A DNA stretch of 64,000 nt from a virus (Duplodnaviria; Heunggongvirae; Uroviricota; Caudoviricetes), in IMG/VR virus record IMGVR_UViG_3300028840_006732. The stretch is one strand, 5' to 3'. Of this stretch, positions 36,754-46,000 are shown piece after piece. A model generated the notes under the pieces. That model worked only from the letters and a program-made list of their open reading frames with translations. It ran no database searches and was not told the DNA's origin. The position numbers were made by a program, and so were the translations under genes. Within the stretch, counting starts at the first letter, position 1, and each line of letters starts with the position of its first letter.

Positions 36754-37930
36754 AGTGCCTGACGTCGTTGACGAGTGGCTCCTGAAGATTGCTTCCCCGG
36801 CCGAGGCCATCCGCCGGGGGACGTCGCGAGTGTTCACCCGCGGGGACGTGGGGTACTATTGGAACCCGGACAAAGAGATCGGTGGGCTGCATGGCAGGGA
36901 AGCCACGGCCCAGGACCTTGCACTGTGCACGGCAGCCCTAACCCGAGCGGTCGGCGCTGACCAGGTTCTGCCCGAGCCGTTGACGTTCCCGGAGGTATCG
37001 TCTGGGCACTTCGTGAAGGTTGCCTACTCGCCCACGCTGCGACGCGCCGGCGAGCTGCTCAACTTCTTCCCTGGTAAGTACCCCGGCGGAATCCCGAACG
37101 CCCCGAGTCCGTTGGCGGCCACCCTGACAGGCGGCCTGGTCGGCGCTGGCCTCGGTTATGGAGCCGGCTGGCTGGGCGAGAAGCTGTTGCCGTCGAGCTG
37201 GCGGCGTGGTCGACTCCGCCGCACCCTGGCCCTCATCGGCGGCCTGACAGGCAGCACGCCCGGGGCCATGTGGACCCTTTCGGCTCTCTCCAGGGGTCGC
37301 TCCCTCACGGATGGCTCCGACCTGGCCGGCAAGCCCGGGGACAAGCCCGTCAACGAGACGCCGGCAATCCCCGTCCCCACCTGGGCCGACAAGCCCGCTC
37401 CCCTGTGGCGACGGATCATGGCCAGCGAGGACTACACTCCGGCGGACTACGGCATCGGGGAGTACGAGCCGCTGAAGGAGGCCTGCGACGTCCTGGCCGG
37501 CGTGGAGCTGGGCCAGCGTTACACCCAGGCGACCGAGAAGTTCGCCTCCCTGGGCACCTTCTCTCGTCCCTCCTACACCCGCATCCCCCCTGGTCCTCTG
37601 ACGGTCAACACGAACAAGATGGGCCAGACCCTCTGGGAGGTCGGAGCGAGCCCGCAGACGGCCGCTACGACGATGGGAGCCCTCTACGCGGCCCAGCAGA
37701 TGCCCGACTCCAACTCGCAGCCTGGGCAGGTCACGCCGCACCAGACGGGGCTCCTGGGGACGATGATGGGGGCGGCCGGCGGGGGCGTCCAGGGCTATGC
37801 GGCCGGCTGGGCCGTTGGAAAAGCGCTAGGTCTATTGACGGGGATGCCCGCTGGAACGCAGAATACTCTCAAACGGAGCGGCGCGATCCTCGGCGTCATC
37901 AATGCGGTGGTGCCTCGCCTGTTCCGCTGA
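36731..37930 (+). CDS. Gly/Ala-rich hypothetical protein
   Basis: 399-aa ORF with high GC3. Low-complexity G/A-rich segments. Confidence 0.5.
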   Translation: MVAVFWDEVPDVVDEWLLKIASPAEAIRRGTSRVFTRGDVGYYWNPDKEIGGLHGREATAQDLALCTAALTRAVGADQVLPEPLTFPEVSSGHFVKVAYSPTLRRAGELLNFFPGKYPGGIPNAPSPLAATLTGGLVGAGLGYGAGWLGEKLLPSSWRRGRLRRTLALIGGLTGSTPGAMWTLSALSRGRSLTDGSDLAGKPGDKPVNETPAIPVPTWADKPAPLWRRIMASEDYTPADYGIGEYEPLKEACDVLAGVELGQRYTQATEKFASLGTFSRPSYTRIPPGPLTVNTNKMGQTLWEVGASPQTAATTMGALYAAQQMPDSNSQPGQVTPHQTGLLGTMMGAAGGGVQGYAAGWAVGKALGLLTGMPAGTQNTLKRSGAILGVINAVVPRLFR

Positions 37931-37957
37931 CACCTTTTGCAGAAGGAGTTCTGCACC

Positions 37958-38398
37958 ATGAGTCTGTACGACCGGATCAACGAGGCGGTTGCGGCGATGG
38001 TGGCGGCCTACAAAGAGGCCTACGCCGATCAGAAGCTGACGTTCAGCGAGGTCGTGGCCCTGGTGATGCTGTTCGTCAAGAAGTGCATCGACCTGGTGGC
38101 CCAGATCAGCGGCTACTCGGCCGCCGAGCGGAAGGAAGCGATCCTCGCCGCCGTGGAGACCCTCATCGACGACGTGATCACGCCGATCGACCTCAAGCCG
38201 GTGCCCAACTGGCTGGAGCCGGTCGTCGATCGCGGCCTCAAGACGGTCATCATGGAGATCGCCCGCGGTGCCGTCGACGCCCTGGTGGACATCCTCGACA
38301 AGCTGGGAGAGTTCGGTCCGCTGCCGGTGCCTGTTCCCCAGCCGAACATCGACGACGGGCAGATCCTGATGCTCTGCAAGATGCCTGAGGACGACTAG
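37958..38398 (+). CDS. hypothetical protein
   Basis: GAAGGAG 9 nt upstream. Confidence 0.55.
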   Translation: MSLYDRINEAVAAMVAAYKEAYADQKLTFSEVVALVMLFVKKCIDLVAQISGYSAAERKEAILAAVETLIDDVITPIDLKPVPNWLEPVVDRGLKTVIMEIARGAVDALVDILDKLGEFGPLPVPVPQPNIDDGQILMLCKMPEDD

Positions 38399-38564
38399 CG
38401 ACATTTGCGGCGGCGGTTCTCGGAAGGGGGCGTCGGGTCCAGCAGCAACCCGGCGCCCCCCGGGCGCAGAGGCAGGATCAATGAACGTCAACTGGGGTCT
38501 TATCAAGCAGTTCTTCGGCTTCGGCCGCGAGAAGCTCTCCGACAGCGAGCAGGAGCTGTTCCTG

Positions 38565-39182
38565 ATGCAGCGGCGGGGCTTCCTCAAGGCCATCGGAGCG
38601 ATCGGCGTCTCCGTGGCGGTACCTCCTGCGCTGTGGTTGCCCGAGAAGAAACCGGTGACGATGTCGCCGAGCGACACGCAGCTCCTCAACGAGGCGATCT
38701 TCGAGAAGCTCTGCTCTCGCGATCCTGTGATGGAAAAGGAGGCCATGGATGCCGTCAACGACTTCACGAGGGTAAAAATGCGAGAAGATGGTTTCTTCCG
38801 CCGGATTCTCCCGCCAGTTCCCATCTCCAACGACGAGCTGGACCAGGTGGCCCACCCGAACAAGGTCTACGTGAGCAAGTCGACCATCCTGCCGCCGATC
38901 ATCACGTCGGAGCCCTTGCTGGCGGGCGGCGTGAAACCGGGCGACAAGATCAATTTCAGCGCCGGTATCGACTTCGGCGCGTCGGTCGGGGACTTTTCCG
39001 CCGTCGTGACCGCTGTGGATGGCAACCGTATCGAGTTCATTGTCGACGAGGAGCAGAAGAATGAAGCGACGAGACTGCTTGAAGGCAGGGATTCTCTCCC
39101 TGTTAGCATGGCCTGCAACAGCCTTGCGAGCCGCAACCGAAAAATCGGAAAGCTCCGTCGCCGCGCCGCCCCGGTCGTTTGA
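38565..39182 (+). CDS. secreted hypothetical protein with Tat signal (MQRRGFLKAIGAIGVSVAVPPALW). Alternative upstream ATG at 38481.
   Basis: RR motif plus hydrophobic region. The 3' end overlaps the next Tat-signal ORF by about 120 nt in another frame. Confidence 0.45.
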   Translation: MQRRGFLKAIGAIGVSVAVPPALWLPEKKPVTMSPSDTQLLNEAIFEKLCSRDPVMEKEAMDAVNDFTRVKMREDGFFRRILPPVPISNDELDQVAHPNKVYVSKSTILPPIITSEPLLAGGVKPGDKINFSAGIDFGASVGDFSAVVTAVDGNRIEFIVDEEQKNEATRLLEGRDSLPVSMACNSLASRNRKIGKLRRRAAPVV

Positions 39183-39753
39183 GCGCATCTCCCTGGCGGA
39201 CGTGCTGGCCCCGACCGAGGAGGAGCTGATGGCCCGGGAGGCCTGTGGGATTGCCTTCGAGATCCTCCTTCTCCCTCCGGTCAAGCAGGGCGAGAAAATC
39301 TGGCTCTACGAGCCCGCCATGCGGAAGGAGATCCACGACTGTCTCCGCTACCTCCGAGCCGTCATGGCGATCACGCCGAGTCTGATCCTCCAGAGGGTCC
39401 GGATCAACCGGGATCTTCGTCAGCGGCTGGCCGACGAGGATTATGAGTTCTTTCTTTTAGCCGACAGGGAAGCGGCCCTCCGTCGTGGGGCCCCGGGGCT
39501 CCTCGGCCCACCGGACGTTTCGGACTTCCTCCAGGCCCGTGATGCGCTGTATATTGAGTGGCACCGAAAGATCCCAGCATGTAGTACCTGGGACGCCCAC
39601 GAGGCTCATCGGCGCTGGTATGCGCAGGATGTGCTGATCACGGAAAAGGAGGTTCGCCATGTCCTCTCCAAAGAATGTCGGTCTATGTATCGCTACGGTA
39701 GTTTCTACGATTCTGCTCTTGGGGTTCCTCATCAGTCCGGCAAGCCGAGCTGA
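39061..39753 (+). CDS. secreted hypothetical protein with Tat signal (MKRRDCLKAGILSLLAWPATALRAA)
   Basis: GAGGAG upstream. Strong Tat motif. Overlaps both neighbours. Confidence 0.5.
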   Translation: MKRRDCLKAGILSLLAWPATALRAATEKSESSVAAPPRSFERISLADVLAPTEEELMAREACGIAFEILLLPPVKQGEKIWLYEPAMRKEIHDCLRYLRAVMAITPSLILQRVRINRDLRQRLADEDYEFFLLADREAALRRGAPGLLGPPDVSDFLQARDALYIEWHRKIPACSTWDAHEAHRRWYAQDVLITEKEVRHVLSKECRSMYRYGSFYDSALGVPHQSGKPS

Positions 39754-40516
39754 GGTCCCCTCCATGCTGGCGATGGCCAGCGACAACTGGGGCCTCTTCT
39801 CGCCGCAGAGGAGCGCTCAAATCGTCCAGGAACAGACCAGGACTACCGAGCAGCGTGCCAAAACAAGCTGGGACACGATTTTCGCCAAGATCGAGGCCGC
39901 AGATTCGCCGCCTACGATGTTGCTGTGGTGCGGTGAGGGTTGCCCGCCTTGCGAAAAAGTCAAGCCCATGCTGAAACGGCTTGCGGCCGAAGGCTACGAT
40001 GTCCAGTTCGGCAACACGGCTAACCCCGCGCATGCCGAGCTGGCCAGGGACTGGAAGATCGAATTGGTCCCCACCCTCATCTTGCACTCCGAGGGGAACG
40101 AGATCTGTCGCTGGACGGGCTGCGGTAATATGGAGCAGTCCCAGTTCAGGTGGATCGCCGTGAAACTCGGGGTAAAGCAGACTGCGCTGAAGGCAAGCGG
40201 CCTGGCCTACTCGACTACGCCGATGTACGTGACGGCGGACGGGTCCTACCGCTTGGGCAACGGCTCCGGCATCCAGTGCGACGGCAACTGTGCCTCCTGC
40301 CCGTATCAGGGCACGGGGATGTGCCCGCAATCCAGTGCCGTCGCATCCGGCGGCACCTACTATGGCGGGATGCCGTTGCAGTCGTCGTATCCGAGTCAGA
40401 GCTACGCGATGCCGTCTCAATCCTACGGCGGCTACTACGGCGGCGGGATGATGATGTCCGGCGGCGGTTGCGGCAACGCGGCCTGCGCCATGTGTTACGG
40501 AGGAGGTTGCTACTGA
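39659..40516 (+). CDS. secreted thioredoxin-like protein (WCGEGCPPC) with Gly/Tyr/Cys-rich low-complexity C-terminal tail
   Basis: AAGGAGG 6 nt upstream. Sec-type signal peptide. CxxC thioredoxin-like motif. The tail ends GGYYGGGMMMSGGGCGNAACAMCYGGGCY. Confidence 0.6.
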   Translation: MSSPKNVGLCIATVVSTILLLGFLISPASRAEVPSMLAMASDNWGLFSPQRSAQIVQEQTRTTEQRAKTSWDTIFAKIEAADSPPTMLLWCGEGCPPCEKVKPMLKRLAAEGYDVQFGNTANPAHAELARDWKIELVPTLILHSEGNEICRWTGCGNMEQSQFRWIAVKLGVKQTALKASGLAYSTTPMYVTADGSYRLGNGSGIQCDGNCASCPYQGTGMCPQSSAVASGGTYYGGMPLQSSYPSQSYAMPSQSYGGYYGGGMMMSGGGCGNAACAMCYGGGCY

Positions 40517-40980
40517 TGTACCTGGCCCTTGTCCTCTGTGCCGTACTCGGCGCACAACCCGATGCCCCGACGCCGGTGAATGAGTGCTACACGGCGCTCG
40601 CCCTGGCGGACCTGGACGAGAAGGACGTCTTCTACGACCTGGGTTGCGGGGACGGCCGGCTGTGCGTGTTTGCAGCCAAGCGGTACGGGTGCAAGGCAGT
40701 CGGAATCGACTACGACGTCGATAAGGTCCGGCACGCTCAGGAGAACGTCAGGTTCAACAAACTGGGTAGCCTCGTCGCGGTCTATCGCAAGGATCTCCGC
40801 GAGGTGGACTTCGAGAAGCTGCCGGCCACGGTCTACTATATGTACCTGCCGATGCCGCTGGTGCGTGAACTCACCCCAAAACTCCAACGATGTCGCGGGG
40901 TGAAGGTCATCAGCTATATGCACCGGCTTCCGATTCCCCACCAAGCGAAGAAAGGGAATTTCTTCATCTACCAGTTCTAA
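40516..40980 (+). CDS. small class I SAM-dependent methyltransferase with N-terminal signal-like segment
   Basis: DLGCGDGR motif I. GIDYD motif II. TGATG overlap with the upstream gene. Confidence 0.6.
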   Translation: MYLALVLCAVLGAQPDAPTPVNECYTALALADLDEKDVFYDLGCGDGRLCVFAAKRYGCKAVGIDYDVDKVRHAQENVRFNKLGSLVAVYRKDLREVDFEKLPATVYYMYLPMPLVRELTPKLQRCRGVKVISYMHRLPIPHQAKKGNFFIYQF

Positions 40981-40998
40981 CCATGGAAGGAGCCAGGG

Positions 40999-41385
40999 AT
41001 GGCGAAGGTCCCCTTGCTCGGCGGCCAGCACAAGGTCATCTACTTTGGGCCCCGCGACAATCAGAAACGCGACCGGTACTGGGCCGAGAACGGCCTGGTC
41101 CACCACGAAGACCGGGACACTGGAGAGTACGAGTCGCTGTCGGTCCGCGAGTTTCTGGAGCGGCTCAACGCCATCAACCAGATGATCAGGGGCGATCGTC
41201 AGGTCGGCAAGCAGATCGGCATCGACGTCGATCGGCAGCAGAAGTTTATCGAGGAGGGAGTCGCCCTGGCCCAGAAGGCACGGGAACAGGGGATGCCCAC
41301 CGACAAGGATGCCGTCAAGGACAGGCTCCGCCGGCGTAAGAAGACGGTGGTCATGCCCGGCTCCGGCTCCCAATACCAGTTGTAG
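40999..41385 (+). CDS. hypothetical protein
   Basis: AAGGAG 8 nt upstream. Confidence 0.6.
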   Translation: MAKVPLLGGQHKVIYFGPRDNQKRDRYWAENGLVHHEDRDTGEYESLSVREFLERLNAINQMIRGDRQVGKQIGIDVDRQQKFIEEGVALAQKAREQGMPTDKDAVKDRLRRRKKTVVMPGSGSQYQL

Positions 41386-41395
41386 CGAGGCAAGG

Positions 41396-41806
41396 ATGCT
41401 CAGCTCACGAGATGCGTTCAAGGTTGGTTTCCTCAGCCGTTGCGTGGAAGAGGGTCTGACTCTCGAAGAGGCCCACGAGCGCGTCAAGGAAGCCATGGAC
41501 AAGATGGGCGGGATCGTCGGGGACATCACCAGTATCCCCGTCAAGGCCCTGGAAGCCGGCAAGGCGGTCGCCGCACCGTTGCTGAGCTACGGGTTGCCTC
41601 TCGCCATCGCGGCCCCGCCAATCCTCGGCGGAGTCGCCGGCTACGGCCTGGCCAAAGCCACGGATGTCGATGACCAGGACCCCGAGGAAGTAAAGAAACA
41701 GGAGGTCGCCGACGAGTACCGACGCCAAACGGCACGTTTGCTGAGGCAGCGAGCCATGCGGGAGTACCGGGCTCGTCGCAAGCAAACAGGACGAGTGTTC
41801 CTGTAG
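41396..41806 (+). CDS. hypothetical protein with central TM helix
   Basis: Hydrophobic segment LLSYGLPLAIAAPPILGGVAGYGLA. Confidence 0.55.
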   Translation: MLSSRDAFKVGFLSRCVEEGLTLEEAHERVKEAMDKMGGIVGDITSIPVKALEAGKAVAAPLLSYGLPLAIAAPPILGGVAGYGLAKATDVDDQDPEEVKKQEVADEYRRQTARLLRQRAMREYRARRKQTGRVFL

Positions 41807-41815
41807 CGTGAACTT

Positions 41816-42229
41816 ATGGCAAACAGCCTGGTTAAGTTTGCAGCGAGGACGGAAGGGAATGGGCGCGGAAAGCTGTACTGGGGTCGGGCCGACGTCGACG
41901 GTCTGCCTTTCCGCGGCGCCAGCCCCCCGTTCTTCACGGAGGCGGAGTTCGACTCGCGGGTCGTCCGGGTGGCCGATCCGCAGAATGGTACGTTTCGTAC
42001 GTGGATCAAGGAGGAGAACAAGGCTTACCTCGACGTGCTCGACAAGATCCTCAACAACTGGGCACAGTTGCTCTTCGTCGAGCGTTGGAGGTCGAAGAAG
42101 CGGGGGCAGCATGTCGTCTACATCGAGTGGGCGGAATACTTCCTCGAAGACGGTCAGCCCGCACAGGCTGCGATAGGTCCAGGAGGGACAATCAGCTATG
42201 GACAGCAAAGTATCCCAGCGCATCATTGA
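41816..42229 (+). CDS. hypothetical protein
   Basis: ORF only. Position is consistent with translational coupling to the upstream gene. Confidence 0.5.
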   Translation: MANSLVKFAARTEGNGRGKLYWGRADVDGLPFRGASPPFFTEAEFDSRVVRVADPQNGTFRTWIKEENKAYLDVLDKILNNWAQLLFVERWRSKKRGQHVVYIEWAEYFLEDGQPAQAAIGPGGTISYGQQSIPAHH

Positions 42230-43040
42230 CGAGGTGCGCCAGGAAAAGGAGGCCACGGACCCGGTCGCCGTCCTTCAGGAAGCGGCCACCCGGAACCTCA
42301 AGACCCAGGCGTTGAAGGACCTGGGCCGCATCGCCGTCATCTCGGCCGGAGCCGGTGCGGGAGCCCGCGGTATCTACGGGCTGCTCAACCTTGTCCGGCG
42401 AAACGTCCGCACGCGAAAGCCGACTTACCCGGCCGTCTCACCTCTGCCGCTGCCCGTCCCCGCCAAGGAAGACGAGGAGGAAGAGCCCGAGCTGGCGAAG
42501 GCCGCTGGCTGGCTTGGCGACTTCTTCAAGGGCAACAAAGCCACCACGCCGATCGGCATCCCCTGGTACCAGCCGGCGGCGATGGTCGGCGGACTGGCGG
42601 CTGGAGGTCTCGGCTGGCACCTGGTCGACAAGATCCTCGACAAGCGCCGCAAGGAAGAGGTCGACTCCCAGGTGGAACGGGAGCGGGAGCGCTTCCGTGG
42701 GGCCCTGGTGGGCCAGTACGACGAGCCGGTCAAGATCAGCAGCGACGAGCCGATGGAGAAGCTGGCTGCCGACCTGGACGCCCTCTACGATCTCTGCATG
42801 GAGAAGCAAGCGCTCTTCAACCCGGACACGGCAGGGGCCACTCTGGGAACCTACGGGTACTACGCCGTGCCGGCCAGCTTGATGGCCGGCTGGTTTGCCT
42901 ACAGCGCAGCGCGCAAGCGACAGCGGAAGAACGTCCTCAAGAAGGCTCTTGAACGCCGCCGTCGTCGGGCGTACGCCACGCAGCCTGCGGAAATCCACGC
43001 CGTCCCGGTACCGGTGGACGTCGAAGAAGAGGCCGCTTGA
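42198..43040 (+). CDS. hypothetical protein with Gly-rich membrane-associated segments
   Basis: AGGAGGG upstream. Confidence 0.55.
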   Translation: MDSKVSQRIIDEVRQEKEATDPVAVLQEAATRNLKTQALKDLGRIAVISAGAGAGARGIYGLLNLVRRNVRTRKPTYPAVSPLPLPVPAKEDEEEEPELAKAAGWLGDFFKGNKATTPIGIPWYQPAAMVGGLAAGGLGWHLVDKILDKRRKEEVDSQVERERERFRGALVGQYDEPVKISSDEPMEKLAADLDALYDLCMEKQALFNPDTAGATLGTYGYYAVPASLMAGWFAYSAARKRQRKNVLKKALERRRRRAYATQPAEIHAVPVPVDVEEEAA

Positions 43041-43051
43041 GGTGAGACAGC

Positions 43052-46000
43052 ATGCCGCTCGATCTGAACCTGATGCCGCCGACGCCGTCCAATCTGCTGT
43101 CGGGGGCACCTGCACCTGTTGCCGCTCCACCTCCCACTGACGAGGAGACACGGGAGTTCGGAGACACTGACGCCACGCGCCGCAACATCTATGATCAGGT
43201 GCTGGTAGCGGCCCAGGGGATCGAGCCGGTCTCAAATCAGACCCACACCCTGCGGCTCAGCAAGGTGGACTGGCAGGACCCGGACACCTTCACCCTGCGC
43301 CAACAGAAGGAAGCCATCCTCGGCGGCCGAACTCTCGGCCGGCGATTGCGTGGTACCTGGGAACTCGTCGACAACGAGACCGGCGGCGTGCTGGATCGCC
43401 GTCGCCAGGTCGTGGCCACGGTCCCGCATCTGACGCCCCGGGGGACGTTCGTCCATAGGGGCAACGAGAATACGCTTCGCAACCAGCAGCGGCTGCGGGG
43501 CGGTGTCTTCACTCGTGTCCGTGAAAATGGAGAGATCGAAGCCCATGCGAACATCCTTCCTGGAAAAGGGGTGTCTCATCGCTACTTTCTTGATCCTGAG
43601 AAGGGCGTTTTCTACGTTCGGCTCCACAACGCCAAGCTCCCCCTCATGCCGCTTCTTAAAGCGATGGGAGCGACTCCCGCGGAGCTTCGCGAGATCTGGG
43701 GCGACGACCTGTATGCGGCCAACTATCCGAAGGATGAAGGTGCCGCCATCAAGAAGTACGCGGGACACGTGCTGACCCGCGCCGACCAGGAGGACGAGGA
43801 GCGGACGACGGCGCAGAAGCTCGTCGATCGTTGGACCTCGATGGAGCTGGACCCCGAGGTCACCGGGCGTACCCTGGGAAAACCGTACGATCGCATGAGC
43901 AAGGAGGCCATCCTTGACACGACTCGAAAGCTACTTGCTATTTCTCGCGACGAGGCTGATGTGGATGACCGTGATTCTCTGGCGTACCAGCATTTCCTGG
44001 GCCCGGAGGATCTTCTGGCGGAGAGGATTGCCAAGGACCACGGTCGGCTCCGCCGCCAGCTTCTCTGGAAGGCCGCCCGCAAGGGTAACCTCTCGGGCAT
44101 GCCTTCTTCAGCCCTACGGCCACAGGTCGAGTCTGCAATCTTGCACTCAGGTCTCGGACAGCCCCTGGAGGAAATCAACCCCGCCGAGATCTTCGACAAG
44201 CAATACTCCATCAGCCGGCTCGGAGAAGGAGGTATCCCCTCGCTAGATGCCGTGCCCGCGGAGGCCCGTAGCGTGCAACCCAGCCACTTCGGGTTCGTGG
44301 ACCCGCTACGCACGCCGGAGAGCTTTCGTGTGGGCGTGGACGTCTACATGACCCGCAACGCCCGCAAGGGGAAGAACGGCCGGATCTACACGCAGTTCAA
44401 GGACCCCCGTAGCGGCAAGCTGAAGTGGCTTTCTCCGCAGGATGTTGCCGACTCGGTGATCACCTTCCCCAGAGCGCTGGCCCGCCCCGGAAAGCGGGTG
44501 ATCGCCATGAAGGGCAGCAAGATGATCTGGGCCAAGAAGCGGGACGTCAACCTGGTGATGCCCAATTTCGAGGACGCCTTCTCCCCGCTGGGCAACCTGG
44601 TCCCCATGAAGGGCGCCGTCAAGGGGCAGCGGATGGCCATGGCCTCGCGGATGCTCACCCAGGCGCTGCCCCTGGTCGAGCCTGAGTCCCCCTGGGTCCA
44701 GTCGGCGATGCCCGGGACCCGTGGCGGCCGAAGCTACGAGGAGGAGTACGCCAAGCAGATGGGGGCGGTTCACGCCAAACGCGGCGGCCGGGTGCTGGGT
44801 ATCGACGACGACGGCATGAAGGTCCGCTACGACGACGGCAGCGAGGACAGCATCGAGCTGTACCACCATTTCCCTTTCAACCGGAAGACATACCTGCACC
44901 AGACACCCCTGGTCCGGCCCGGCCAGAGGTTTGCTCCTGGTGCCTTGCTGGCCCGCTCGAACTACACCGACGAGCGCGGCGCCACGGCCCTGGGCCGCAA
45001 CGCCCGGGTGGCCTACGTCTCCTGGCAGGGGAAAAACCACGAAGACGCCATCGTGATCTCCGAGGGTTTTGCCAAGAAGCTGGCCTCGGAGCACATGTAC
45101 CAGAATGAGCTGGAGGTCGACGACAGAACGAAGATCGGTAAGAAGACCTATGTCAGCCTGTTTCCGTCCCGATACGAGCGCAAGATCCTGGAGACGCTGG
45201 ACGACCGCGGAGTCGTCAAACCGGGAACCGAGGTCGAGAAGGGGCATCCGTTGATCTTGGCGGCACGCCAGCGGGAGCTGTCGCACAACAAGGTCCACAA
45301 GAGGAAGCAGGCGTCCCATGCAGATCATAGTATTGTCTGGGATCATAACGATCCCGGAATCGTTACCGACGTTGTTGACGGCAAGAAAGGGCCGGTGGTC
45401 CTCGTCAAGAGTACGTCTCCCATGCAAAAGGGAGACAAGCTCTCAGGACGATACGGAGACAAGGGCGTCATTTCCGCGATCATCCCCGACGCGCAGATGC
45501 CGCAGGGGCAGGACGGGAAGCCTTTCGAGGTGCTGCTGAATCCGCTGGGGATTATCGGCCGGACCAATCCGTCGCAAAAGATCGAGCTGTGGTTGGGCAA
45601 GTTGGCTGCCAAGCAGGGCAAGCCGATTCGGGTCGAGGATTGGGACGACAGCCGCGATTACGTGGATTGGGCCCGCGAGCAGCTCCGCAAGGCCGGATTG
45701 TCGGACACCGAGGACATCATCGACCCTAGCAACGACTCCAAGATCCGCGGCATCCCTACCGGTAATCGCTTCTTCATGAAGCTCCACCATCAAGCAGAAG
45801 CCAAGGAGCAGGGACGAGGCGGCGGCGCCTACACGGCCGAGGACGCCCCGGCCAAGGGCGGCAAGCAAGGTTCCAAGCGAGTCGCCCTGCTGGACACCAA
45901 CGCCCTGCTTAGCCATGGAGCGGTCCACAACCTGGAAGACGTGGGCGCCATTCGTGGTCAGCGGAACGAGGACTACTGGCTCCAGTTCATGATGGGGCAC

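Noticed and set aside
37270-38388. 372-aa RG-rich ORF
   Set aside because: It overlaps 36731..37930 and 37958..38398 out of frame. The composition (R/G/P-rich) is an artefact.
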